In this document: positions 10,301 to 19,500 of the stretch, piece after piece
Position numbering within the stretch: position 1 is the first letter of the stretch
How the letters are laid out: each line of letters opens with the position of its first letter
From: Patescibacteria group bacterium
GTDB lineage: Bacteria > Patescibacteriota > Minisyncoccia > Phycocordibacterales > BOKC01
Length of the DNA stretch: 64,000 nt
Assembly: GCA_038062955.1 (NCBI GenBank)
Contig: JBBTWE010000001.1
Coordinates: 389,640 to 453,639, forward strand
Direction: 5' to 3'
Program-made: the position numbers and the translations under genes
Notes under the pieces: generated by a model
Told to the model about the DNA's origin: nothing
The model's database searches: none
What the model saw: the letters and a program-made list of their open reading frames with translations, nothing else

Positions 10301-10970
10301 TTTTGTAGATTGCTTCTGCTCCGATTCCAGCTTCAAAGATTGTGCCGTATCTTAGAGAATGATTGTGATATAAAACCTCATCAAGCACTTGGCCTTCTTT
10401 GATGTCCTCAATTTCCCTCTTGGTTTTGAGCCACAATTCTTTTAAAGAATTTTTTTCTTCTTCTTTTCCTACGGCTTTTAACTTCAATTTGAATTCAGCG
10501 TCCAGGTCGCTCAAAACTTTCTTTCTCTCATCCTCCATGACACCAGTCACAATATATCCAGCAAAATAAATCACCTTTTCAAGATCGCTCGCAGAAATCC
10601 CCAAAATCATTCCGATTCTTGACGGTGTGCTCTTTAAAAACCAAACATGAGAAACTGGGGAGGCCAGTTCTATGTGGCCCATTCTTTCTCTTCGAACTAT
10701 AGAACGAGTTATTTCAACCCCGCATTTTTCACAGACAATACCTTTGTATCTAATACCGCGGTATTTTCCACAATAACATTCGTAATCCTTGTCCGGACCG
10801 AATATTTTTTCATCAAAAAGACCACTTCTTTCGCTTCTTTGTGTGCGATAGTTTATTGTTTCAGGCTTTGTCACTTCTCCAAATGACCATTCTTTTATGC
10901 GCTCGGGTGAAGCGAGTTTGAGTATTAAGCCTTCAAAATCATTAATATTGGAATATGTTTTTGATTTCAT
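7338..10970 (-). CDS. rpoC: DNA-directed RNA polymerase subunit beta' RpoC
   Basis: Zn-binding CYCGKYRGIRYKGIVCEKCGVEI, NADFDGDQMAVH catalytic motif; 1210 aa. Confidence 0.97.
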   Translation of the reverse strand: MKSKTYSNINDFEGLILKLASPERIKEWSFGEVTKPETINYRTQRSERSGLFDEKIFGPDKDYECYCGKYRGIRYKGIVCEKCGVEITRSIVRRERMGHIELASPVSHVWFLKSTPSRIGMILGISASDLEKVIYFAGYIVTGVMEDERKKVLSDLDAEFKLKLKAVGKEEEKNSLKELWLKTKREIEDIKEGQVLDEVLYHNHSLRYGTIFEAGIGAEAIYKILKDVDLVKLKVNLEKDLEVAGAAEKEKLSKRISLVKSMIESGVRPEWTFLLRLPVIPPALRPMVPLDGGRYATSDVNDLYRRVINRNNRLKKLKEINAPEVILRNEKRILQEAVDALIDNTLRQGTTQIVASQAQKRALKSLADNLKGKRGFFRQNLLGKRVDYSGRSVIVIGPTLKLNECGLPKHMALELFRPFVICQILKMDLAYNIKGASKLIEEGVPEVWAILEDVIKDKYVLLNRAPTLHRLGIQAFKPLLIEGNAIQIHPLVCTAFNADFDGDQMAVHVPLGEEAQLEAKEILAADKNILKPGSGDPIISAKMLDIILGCYWMTKMLAGEKGEGKYFSNPNSAITTFDFGALGFRAKIKILATDTPKYKEFKSGIFESSVGRLLFNSVLPNDYPFVNAEIDRKKMASLIEDLIEKYGIEKIPDIVDKVKNFGFQYATYAGITWGIDEVKIPEAKGPIIVEAKRKVEEIVGQYNDGFISTDERLRKNIEIWHWAKSEIEKIIPSSLDPRGSVHDMVNSGARGSLSQITQMAGIKGLIQNTAGETIEFPVVSSTKEGLTPIEYFITTHGARKGLTDTALNTAKAGYLTRRLFDVAQDSIISEEDCGTKEGIKIFKKSGNEMETPLSRNIRWRFIAEDVVLQNGKDVFKKGSFISKKDAILIENDGVKEVVVRSPLSCKSIKGVCALCYGADLGNGRPIEIGEAIGTVAAQAIGEPGTQLTMRTFHTGGTASVGGDITTGLPRVEEVFEKRKPKNAAVISRVDGIISEIKEEKGERYIIISGEGVKKTKKGDSEYAVSFHRSILVKAGQEVKKGQILTDGSADIGELFKYAGKEKTENYIIREISRLYELQGEAVSRKHIEVIVRQMFSRRKIKDSGDSTFSPGDVVEESELQKENQKIKALGKNEAKAEKVVMGITEVSLTRKSFLSAASFQHTTKILINASVRGYTDDLSGLKENVIIGRLIPAGTGFPGSRKSKIFDKLK

Positions 10971-11023
10971 ATATCTAAGGTTCTATTTATTTCTTTAATT
11001 TTATTCCGACCTTGTGAGCAGGA

Positions 11024-11064
11024 GGGTCGAACTAATGATCGACACCTGCAGACAGACGGGTACC
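11024..11064. repeat. Diverged copy of GC motif family 5 in the rpoB-rpoC spacer (GGGTCGAACTAATGATCGACACCTGCAGACAGACGGG)
   Basis: Shares GTCGA-loop-TCGAC hairpin plus ACCTGyAGAC..GG with 880-912 and 32865-32899. Confidence 0.4.
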
Positions 11065-11066
11065 TT

Positions 11067-14000
11067 TTATTCTTTTCCTCGAGTAAATTTTTCTCGATCT
11101 TTAAAATTTCTTTTTCCAATATTATGCGAACCTGAAAGCTTAGAAACTTCTCCCGCTTTTAACTCAACATCCAAAGCTAGTCCACGCAGATTACTTAAAA
11201 GAACATTGAAGGAGACTGGGGTGTTAAGTTCTGTGATTTTTTCTCCTCTAACAATAGCGTCGAATGCGGCCGATCTTCCAACTATATCGTCAGATTTTAT
11301 GGTAAGCATTTCACGCAGAATGTGAGCCCCACCGTAACCCAAAAGCGCCCAAACTTCCATCTCTCCGAATCTTTGCCCGCCTCCTTGAGCTTTACCTCCG
11401 AGTGGTTGCTGGGTGATGAGAGAATAAGGACCGATAGAACGCATATGGATTTTATCTTCAACCATATGATGCAACTTCATGATGTACATGTATCCGATTG
11501 CAATAGGTTGTTCAAAAGAAACTCCCGTCCTACCGTCAAAAAGCTTGACTTTACCGCTCTCTGGAATTCCTGCGGCGACAAGTTCAGTTTTAATTTCTTT
11601 TTCAGTTGCTCCCAAGAAAGGAGGCACGATTGCCTGGTAATTTAAAGTGTGAGCGGCTAGTCCCAAATGCATTTCCAAAATCTGTCCGAGATTCATACGG
11701 CTTGGCACTCCAAGCGGGGTCAAAATTATATCAACAGGCGTACCATCTTCTCTAAACGGCATATCTTCTTCCGGCAAAATTCTTGAAATTACTCCTTTGT
11801 TTCCATGACGACCCGCTAGCTTATCTCCTACCGAAACGTTTCGGAGTTGAGCAATTTCTATATGAATTCTCTTGATAATTCCTGATTCCAATTTGTCACC
11901 CTTCTCTCTGGAAAATACCTGAACTTTGACAACTCTTCCTCTCTTTCCGACTTCCATTCTCTTCGAAGTATCCTTAACATCGCGGGCTTTTTCTCCGAAA
12001 AGTGAGCGAAGCAATCTTTCTTCGGGAGTAAGTTGTGTTTCTCCTTTTGGTGTAATCTTTCCAACCAAAATATCTCCTGGATCAACTTCGGCTCCCACTC
12101 TTACAATTCCATCTTCAGCCAAATTTTTGAGTTTGGTTTCTCCAACGTTTGGAATATCGCAGGTTGTAACTTCAGGTCCAAGTTTGGTATCACGCACATT
12201 TACCACGAATTCCTCGATATGGATGCTGGTAAATTTACTGTTTTTTACCAATCTTTCTGAAAGAATAATGGCGTCTTCATAATTAGCTCCTGACCAAGAA
12301 ATGAAAGCGACCAAAACATTTTGTCCAAGCGCCATCTCTCCTCGATCACTCGAAGAAACATCAGCTAAAACATGACCTCTTTTTACTTTTTGACCGACAT
12401 CAACGCTAGGACGTTGATGAAAATCTGTAAAACCATTGGTTCTGGAAAAATTAACGAGCTTATACTCTGTTTCTTCTCCTTTTTTATTTTCGACAGTAAC
12501 ACTTCGGCCGTCAACATATTTAACCTCGCCGTCTTCTTTTGAAAGAATAAGTCTTCCTGTATCTAAAGCTGATTCATGTTCAATGCCGGTTGCAACAAGA
12601 GGGGCCTCATGAATAATGCATGGAGTAGCTTGTTTCTGCATGTTGGAACCCATAAGCGCTCTGTTAGCATCATCGTGATTTAAAAACGGAATCATTGAGG
12701 TCGCAATAGAAAAAGCTTGCGCTGGCGACACATCAATGTAGTCAACTTTTTCTTTTACTACTAGGCCGGGATTTCCTTTGATTCTAACTTCCACATTTTC
12801 TATAGTGATTTCTCCATCATTATTATATGGGGTTGCGGCATGAGCGATTGTATACTTTTCTTCTTCAAAAGCATCCATGTAATCAATTTGTTTTTGAATC
12901 TTGCCGTTCTTTACTTTAGCGTAAGGAGTTTCAATAATTCCAAATTCATTGATTCTGGCGTAAAGAGACAAACGTAAAATGAGTCCTATGTTCTGGCCTT
13001 CTGGTGTATGAATTGGGCAAAGTCTTCCATAGTGAGAAGGATGCACGTCTCGCACTTCAAAACCCGCTCTAGCCCTGTTGAGACCTCCGGGACCCAATGC
13101 TGAAAGGGTTCTTAGATGTTCGATTTCTGAAAGAATATTTTCCTGTTGCATGAATTGTGACAACTGGTTGGTGGCAAAAAATTCTTTAATTCTGGCCTGA
13201 AGTGGTTTCGGTGAAATAAAATTTATAGGCAAAGTCGTCTCGGTGTCCACAATAGACATTCGATTCTGTATATTTCTTTTTATTTGAGCCATTCCAACTC
13301 TTATTTTTTGCTGGAATAATTCGCCAACATGCCTGACTCTACGAGAACCAAGATGGTCGATATCATCTTCTTTCGCGTCTGGAGTTGTGTTGAGCTTGGC
13401 AACATTTGTAATGATAATCTCAAGATCTTTTAGATCTATCACTCTTTTGTTTACATCCGCGCCATCAAGTTTTAGTCCAAATCTCTTATTGAACATATAA
13501 CGACCCACTCGAGATAAATCGTATCTTTCCTCGGAAAACATTCCGGTAAAAAATGATTTGGCGTTTTGTACAGTTGCCAAATCACCATCCCTTAGTCTTC
13601 GATGGATTTCAATTACCGCTTGGTCAACATTTTTAGCTGGATCCTTGTCCAGTGTTTTTTGGATAAAGTCTTTCGTCTCTTGATCTTTAAATAAAGCTAG
13701 GATTTCCTTGTTTGTTTCAGCCCCAAAAGCACGCAAAAGCGAGGTTATTGGGAATTTTCTTTTTCGATCAATTCTCACATAAATGACTCCATCAGCTTCA
13801 GTCTCGATTTCAATCCATGCACCTCTTCCTGGAATAATTTTGGCTCCAAAATAATTTTGACCTCTAATAACTTGGGAAGTAAACAAAACACCAAAAGATC
13901 TAGCGAGTTGAGGTACGATTACTCTTTCAATACCGTTTATAATGAAAGTTCCGTGACTGGTCATGAGAGGCAGATCAGCCATGAATATTTCTTGCTCCTT

Positions 14001-14315
14001 CTCTGTTCCTATAATTAGATTCTTTAACTTTACTTTGACCTTAAGCGGAGCATCAAAAGTTAATTTATTGTCTTTGGCAAAATATTCATCATGTTTTGGA
14101 GAACCCAATTCAAATTCGGTAAAATCAAGCTGAAATTTTTTCTCTGAAAAATCTTTGATCTTCGAAAATTCCTTAAATATTTCTTTTAAACCAACTTTAA
14201 CAAGCCAATCAAAAGAATTGATCTGGGATTCAACCAAATTAGGTGTGATTGTGAGAGATGGTTTGTACCTGTTGAAATATTTTTTTTCTCTTGGTTTGAT
14301 TTGAGATTTTGGCAT
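11067..14315 (-). CDS. rpoB: DNA-directed RNA polymerase subunit beta RpoB
   Basis: GKAQGGGQRFGEMEVWAL, NMQRQAVP-like region, 1082 aa. Confidence 0.97.
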   Translation of the reverse strand: MPKSQIKPREKKYFNRYKPSLTITPNLVESQINSFDWLVKVGLKEIFKEFSKIKDFSEKKFQLDFTEFELGSPKHDEYFAKDNKLTFDAPLKVKVKLKNLIIGTEKEQEIFMADLPLMTSHGTFIINGIERVIVPQLARSFGVLFTSQVIRGQNYFGAKIIPGRGAWIEIETEADGVIYVRIDRKRKFPITSLLRAFGAETNKEILALFKDQETKDFIQKTLDKDPAKNVDQAVIEIHRRLRDGDLATVQNAKSFFTGMFSEERYDLSRVGRYMFNKRFGLKLDGADVNKRVIDLKDLEIIITNVAKLNTTPDAKEDDIDHLGSRRVRHVGELFQQKIRVGMAQIKRNIQNRMSIVDTETTLPINFISPKPLQARIKEFFATNQLSQFMQQENILSEIEHLRTLSALGPGGLNRARAGFEVRDVHPSHYGRLCPIHTPEGQNIGLILRLSLYARINEFGIIETPYAKVKNGKIQKQIDYMDAFEEEKYTIAHAATPYNNDGEITIENVEVRIKGNPGLVVKEKVDYIDVSPAQAFSIATSMIPFLNHDDANRALMGSNMQKQATPCIIHEAPLVATGIEHESALDTGRLILSKEDGEVKYVDGRSVTVENKKGEETEYKLVNFSRTNGFTDFHQRPSVDVGQKVKRGHVLADVSSSDRGEMALGQNVLVAFISWSGANYEDAIILSERLVKNSKFTSIHIEEFVVNVRDTKLGPEVTTCDIPNVGETKLKNLAEDGIVRVGAEVDPGDILVGKITPKGETQLTPEERLLRSLFGEKARDVKDTSKRMEVGKRGRVVKVQVFSREKGDKLESGIIKRIHIEIAQLRNVSVGDKLAGRHGNKGVISRILPEEDMPFREDGTPVDIILTPLGVPSRMNLGQILEMHLGLAAHTLNYQAIVPPFLGATEKEIKTELVAAGIPESGKVKLFDGRTGVSFEQPIAIGYMYIMKLHHMVEDKIHMRSIGPYSLITQQPLGGKAQGGGQRFGEMEVWALLGYGGAHILREMLTIKSDDIVGRSAAFDAIVRGEKITELNTPVSFNVLLSNLRGLALDVELKAGEVSKLSGSHNIGKRNFKDREKFTRGKE

Positions 14316-14458
14316 GCAATTTAAATAGGTAAAAAGTTGGGTCTTTAAACCTTTTCGACAAAATTATTAAATTTTTTATTTTTCCCCGAACACTAAGATT
14401 TTAAAAAGAAAGAAGTGAGAGAACTTTCAGATTCGGATGCAGACCGAGGCACAAGCGA

Positions 14459-14524
14459 GTCGGAAATTTTATATCACTTCGTGATAAAAAATCTCCCGAC
14501 ATGATTTCTATGGTGTAGAAATCA
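14459..14524. repeat. Twin-hairpin repeat family 3, copy 1 (GTCGG...CCGAC and GATTTCT...AGAAATC), in the rpoB leader region
   Basis: 62 of 66 nt identical to 33899-33964, with compensatory stem changes between the copies. Confidence 0.6.
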
Positions 14525-14870
14525 GAACCGTACCGAGCCGTATTTAATAATACGGTGAGGAAGGCTCGGAGCGAAGTAACGACGGTATGTGCCGAATGTG
14601 AAAGCTCTCTCTAAATGTGGGGATTTGCAACCTTAACTCAATCTTCTACTAGATTCTGGATAGTATAGTCAGATTCCTTTTCCTGTCAAGGGAATATTGT
14701 GGATAACTCCAACACTTATCGAGACATGGATTTTTCTGCGAGGTCGCAATTCATGAACATATTCAAAAACTGGTCTTAAATTTAACTTAATATCCTAATA
14801 TATTAAAGAATCATATCGCAATGTCTCGATAGGTGTGGGAGATAAGTTTTAATACAGTAAAATCGATAAC

Positions 14871-17800
14871 TTACGGTTGGCTGATTATCTTATTTCTTGT
14901 TATAGGGCCGAAATATCCTACTGCTGGACTAAGACCATTTAAGCGTTGAAATTTTATCAGCGCCACTTGGGTAAGATTTCCAAAATAAGTCCCCTCATTA
15001 CCTGGTGAACCAATGCCTGAAGAAGCAATAACGAATCCATGAGTATTCAAGAAGACTTGCAATGCTCGAACATCTGGCCCAACCGAACCAACGGTAAGGT
15101 CTCGAGAGAAGGTAGAACTAATGACGGGTGTCTGCAATCCCTGATTTGCTCGTTGTTCTAGCAGAGCCAAGAGAGTGGCTCGCAAACTTGTGAGAAGGTT
15201 CTGAAGTTCAGCAATGGTCATCTGACTTGTTGGTCTGTTAGGTTGATTGTTTCCTTGATTGTTGTTAGAAGCTCCACCGCCAGATGAACCACCTCCGCCG
15301 CCTCCCCCTCCTCCACCACCACCGCCACCAGTATTTGTATTTTCAGTCCTTCCTTCATCTTCATTAGACCAAGCCGAAGCTCCGATAGTATTCACTGCTC
15401 GGACACGATATTCATATGTTGTGTTCACTGATAGACCGGTATCGGTAAATGTTTGTGTATTGATTGGCAGATTTGATGCAGAAGAAAGAGAAGTAAATGA
15501 GTCTGGAGATATTCTTCTTTCAACTTCAAATCTGGTTTCATTGTTGCTGTTGTCGTTCCATGATAGGCGAAGTTCGGATGGACCAAGTACTGTAACCAAG
15601 AGAGAAGATGGTGCAGATGGAGCTGTTAGTTGTTCAACAACCAAAGGTAGTCTGTTACTAAACTGTCCATCAGCGTTTCGTACTCTGAAATCATGAGTGC
15701 CGACAGATAGCGAACCAGCTAGGAATTCGAATCTGATAACAGAAGTGCTTAGGACACTGGAAGTCTGGTTAGAACAATTTTGACCAGAACATCTTTGAAG
15801 AGTGGCGCCTGGGAAATCAAAACCTGAACCATAGAAATCGATTTGTCTGTTTTGATTGGATGATACGGTCGAAGGAGAGATACTTGCGAGAACTGGGGTT
15901 TGGGCAACAACTGTTCCTGCGGTTCCGCTTCCAACAACAGATATCCCTGCTCCACTTGTTGTGCCTTGAGCAACAGAAGACCATGCTGAAGATCCGACTA
16001 CATTGTATGCTCGGACACGATAGCTGTAGCTTGTGTTTGGGGTTAGATTCGTGTGAGTGAATGTGGTGACGCCTGCCGCGACTGTTCCTGCCGGTAACCA
16101 AGTACTTGCTGAAGTTAGTCGGTATTCAATATTGAATCCTTGTTCATTAGAGCTTGTGTCAGACCAATTTAGACGAAGTTGGGTAGAGTTAAGTGCTGTT
16201 ACTCCCAGATTAGATGGAGTAGATGGAGCTCCGGATTGCACAGTGAGAGTGTATGGAGTTGTCCTGACCAAAGAACCTGCGGTTGCAGTCAGAGTGAGAG
16301 GATATACAGCGACAGGTGTGGTTGTTAGGGTGGTGATGGAGAGAGTAGAAGTACAAGTTGGATTTGGTGTGCAAGAAGTTGGAACAAAAGAGAACGAGCC
16401 TTGGGCAGAAGTAAGACCGTTTGCTTGAAAACTGACAACTTCAGAAGCACCGGCTGTCTTTGTGACAGTGAGAGTTGTTTGGGTAGATTGTCCTTGTTGA
16501 ATAGAGCCTGATATTGGGTTTGTGGTGAGGTTGAAGTTGAAAGCAGTAACAGTTGTGCCCTGGGCTACGTTAGACCACGCGGAAGATCCAGCTGTGCCCA
16601 CGGCTCTTACATGATATTCGTAAGAAGTTCCAGCAGAGAGTCCTATGTCGGTGTAAGTGGTTGTGTTAGGGGGTAAATTTGATGCCGCTCCAATAATTGC
16701 AAATGTTCCGCTAGGCAATAATCTTCTTTCTATTTCGAAACGGGTTTCGTTACCACTATTATCAGACCAATTCAGACGAAGTTGTGAAGTACTCAAAGAT
16801 GTAATTATTAGATTTGATGGAGGGATTGGAGTGCTTTGTAAGGTAGTGCCAGTCGCAATACTAGACCATGCAGAGGCCCCAGCAGTGTTGTAAGCTCGCA
16901 CACGGTAGTCGTAAGAAGTATTGGAGAGAAGACCAGGATGAGTGAAGGAAGTGATACCTGCAGCCAGGGTGCTAGCACCCGGAACAGTTAGCCAAACAGA
17001 AGCGGTGGATGGTTTGTATTCTAGTGTAAATCCTTGTTCGTTGGTACTACTGTCAAACCATGTAAGAAGTATGCTCGTACTTGTTTGGCCAACAGCCACT
17101 AAATTAGTTGGCGCGTTTGGCGATACTTGCGCAGTAGAACCAGAAGCAACTGGTGTCCACGCCGAACTGCCAACAGTATTATAAGAACGCACCCTATAAT
17201 CATAAGAAGAATTTGGCACAAGACTTGAATGAGTAAACGTATTAACGCTTGCCACTACTGTGCCTGCGGGGAGCCAGGTGCTTGCCGAAGATAATTTGTA
17301 CTCTATATTAAACCCTTGTTCGTTGGTGCTGTTGTCATTCCAAGTCAAACGTAACTCCGACGAACTCATTGTTGTAATTATTAGATTTGATGGCGGGTTG
17401 GGTATTGTTTGTGAAGTTGTACCAGAGACAGTGGAAGACCACGCTGAATTGCCAGCTGTATTATGAGCGCGTACTCTGTAATTATAAGTGGCATTTGCGG
17501 TCAAATTAGAATGTGTGAATGTGGTCACACCTGCCCCAACCGTACCCGCCGACAACCATGTGCCAGAAGAAGCTAATTTGTAATCTATATTGAATTCTTG
17601 TTCGTTGTTACTGTTATCGTTCCAATTTAGACGAAGTTCTGATGAACTCACTGTTGTTACCGTAAGACCAGATGGAGCACTTGGTGGGTTAGACGGAGTC
17701 CCTGCTTCAAAATAAAGTCCCCACATAGCATCAGCGAATTGACTACTATACCCGCCCCCATGACCCACCATGTGGAGATTTGGAAATCTACCTATACCAT

Positions 17801-19466
17801 TTGCGGGATTAGTATCTAGAACACAATTACCAGGACTGCCGCTAAGTGGTCCGTAAGTAACTCCGTACGCGGAATTTGAAGGGGCTCCTCCTGAAGTTGG
17901 ACTCGTAAGAGAACATGTACCATTTCCTGGACACGGAAAAGAGACAGTTCCTGAACCTGAACTATAAGTTGCAACCGCCGAACTGCATGCGGCTCCTGGA
18001 GTGCTTCCTCCAACACAGACTCCAGGCGCTGGAGCACAAACATCTGGTTGTGTTACTGCACCAGAAGGAACCCATCTTGCTAAGTAATCAATTGATAACT
18101 GGTTATTCCAAACATTAATTCCTCCGGGCAAAAGAATGGTCGCCAAAGTTCCACCTACGGCATCATTTGAGAATGTTTGCTGATAACCGTTAAGAGGATA
18201 AAGACCCCCATCAATATACCGATATGGATCAATACAAGTTTTTGACCCAGGATCAGTATTATGAAGAACCGTCCAATAAACTCCATCATTACAGTACTGT
18301 ATTTCTTGTGAAGCTACAGGAACACCTGTCCTGTTTAAGGTGGCAATACTGTTCTCTCCGAAAACAGCTAAACCGCTACCACTTACAAAATTTTTCATTG
18401 CTTGATTATTTAAAAGTATTCCCGCGAAAGCGATTGGCGCTTTTCTTCCATTTTCATGACCTCCTCCACCAGCAGTGCTGTAGTCTCCTCCATTTAAAAC
18501 GACACCGTAATAATCAATTCCTGCCTGAACATAGTTAATGATTGCATCCATCTTTAGGGACAAAGAGTCATTTAAAATAATACGCAAAGCTGCATTCCCA
18601 GTATTCAAAGCAATATCCCCTCCGTACGCCTGCATATTTTTATCAGGACGGATTCTGCCAAATTGCCATCCAGGGTAATCCAACTGAACTCTTCGAAAAT
18701 TGCTTTCGACGGTGGCAAGGGATGGAATAGTAACTCCGCTTGGTGGAGTCAAAGAAGGGAGCAACCCCACCTCAAGATTGAGAGTGCTATAAAGTGTTTT
18801 TTGAGTCCCAGCAAACCCTGGTCTGAATGAATTTGTTCCACTACTTGTGGGAATACTTGTGAGTACAGTAAGAACAGCGGCGGTATCAACATAGCAAGTT
18901 TGACCAGGATTATTTTCACAAACGGGAGATACGTCTGAATTAGAAATTGTTTTAATGATAGACGATGGTGTAGTGATAGTAATAGGAAGTGATGGAACTA
19001 GAGCAGCATTATAGGCATCACCACGAGAATCATAACCTTGTGATGTAAATTGTGCTGGATTAATTTGAAAGCCATTTCTTCCACCAGAAAAATTTGGTGT
19101 GATGCTGGTAATTGTGACCGGCGAAACAACCCACCAGTCCCCATTCACAAATTGTCCGCATTCCACAGATTGAGAAAAAGTCCAAGTAATTCCATATTGA
19201 GTGACAAAATCGCAAGTTGGAAGATCTGGACCATTTTCTTCTGGAACTGGTTGAGAAGGAAGTATTGGTATGTTTGTTGAAATGGGCGCACTTCCTTGAT
19301 TTCCATCTTCATCAACAACGAGGACACTTAAGAAAGACAGGCTTAAGTTTTTAAGGTCTATCTGTTTTACCCCAATGCCATTTATTAAAACAAATGAAAA
19401 TGTAAAAACGATAACAATCAAGAGAACTGTGATGCTAAATAATTTTTTCATCTTTTTTCCTGACAT
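14871..19466 (-). CDS. Giant secreted or cell-surface protein (1531 aa): N-terminal signal/TM, large beta-rich domain, about 8 fibronectin type III repeats, poly-Gly linker, C-terminal peptidoglycan-binding (PG_binding_1-like) domain
   Basis: Hydrophobic N-terminus LFSITVLLIVIVFTF; repeated ~90-aa units LRLNWSD.S.NE.GF.IE...Y.YRVRA.N..G.S.WS; GGGGGGGGGGGGGG linker; C-terminus FGPITR / LQ..LN..GF motif. Confidence 0.85.
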   Translation of the reverse strand: MSGKKMKKLFSITVLLIVIVFTFSFVLINGIGVKQIDLKNLSLSFLSVLVVDEDGNQGSAPISTNIPILPSQPVPEENGPDLPTCDFVTQYGITWTFSQSVECGQFVNGDWWVVSPVTITSITPNFSGGRNGFQINPAQFTSQGYDSRGDAYNAALVPSLPITITTPSSIIKTISNSDVSPVCENNPGQTCYVDTAAVLTVLTSIPTSSGTNSFRPGFAGTQKTLYSTLNLEVGLLPSLTPPSGVTIPSLATVESNFRRVQLDYPGWQFGRIRPDKNMQAYGGDIALNTGNAALRIILNDSLSLKMDAIINYVQAGIDYYGVVLNGGDYSTAGGGGHENGRKAPIAFAGILLNNQAMKNFVSGSGLAVFGENSIATLNRTGVPVASQEIQYCNDGVYWTVLHNTDPGSKTCIDPYRYIDGGLYPLNGYQQTFSNDAVGGTLATILLPGGINVWNNQLSIDYLARWVPSGAVTQPDVCAPAPGVCVGGSTPGAACSSAVATYSSGSGTVSFPCPGNGTCSLTSPTSGGAPSNSAYGVTYGPLSGSPGNCVLDTNPANGIGRFPNLHMVGHGGGYSSQFADAMWGLYFEAGTPSNPPSAPSGLTVTTVSSSELRLNWNDNSNNEQEFNIDYKLASSGTWLSAGTVGAGVTTFTHSNLTANATYNYRVRAHNTAGNSAWSSTVSGTTSQTIPNPPSNLIITTMSSSELRLTWNDNSTNEQGFNIEYKLSSASTWLPAGTVVASVNTFTHSSLVPNSSYDYRVRSYNTVGSSAWTPVASGSTAQVSPNAPTNLVAVGQTSTSILLTWFDSSTNEQGFTLEYKPSTASVWLTVPGASTLAAGITSFTHPGLLSNTSYDYRVRAYNTAGASAWSSIATGTTLQSTPIPPSNLIITSLSTSQLRLNWSDNSGNETRFEIERRLLPSGTFAIIGAASNLPPNTTTYTDIGLSAGTSYEYHVRAVGTAGSSAWSNVAQGTTVTAFNFNLTTNPISGSIQQGQSTQTTLTVTKTAGASEVVSFQANGLTSAQGSFSFVPTSCTPNPTCTSTLSITTLTTTPVAVYPLTLTATAGSLVRTTPYTLTVQSGAPSTPSNLGVTALNSTQLRLNWSDTSSNEQGFNIEYRLTSASTWLPAGTVAAGVTTFTHTNLTPNTSYSYRVRAYNVVGSSAWSSVAQGTTSGAGISVVGSGTAGTVVAQTPVLASISPSTVSSNQNRQIDFYGSGFDFPGATLQRCSGQNCSNQTSSVLSTSVIRFEFLAGSLSVGTHDFRVRNADGQFSNRLPLVVEQLTAPSAPSSLLVTVLGPSELRLSWNDNSNNETRFEVERRISPDSFTSLSSASNLPINTQTFTDTGLSVNTTYEYRVRAVNTIGASAWSNEDEGRTENTNTGGGGGGGGGGGGGGSSGGGASNNNQGNNQPNRPTSQMTIAELQNLLTSLRATLLALLEQRANQGLQTPVISSTFSRDLTVGSVGPDVRALQVFLNTHGFVIASSGIGSPGNEGTYFGNLTQVALIKFQRLNGLSPAVGYFGPITRNKIISQP

Positions 19467-19500
19467 AATATTAAGTATTTTTTAATACCCTTTATTTTTT

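Noticed and set aside
7792-18538. Numerous 60-145-aa antisense ORFs inside rpoC, rpoB and the giant surface-protein genes
   Set aside because: These are chance frames opposite long, well-supported genes. The Pro- and Gly-rich ones are mirror images of the poly-Gly linkers.
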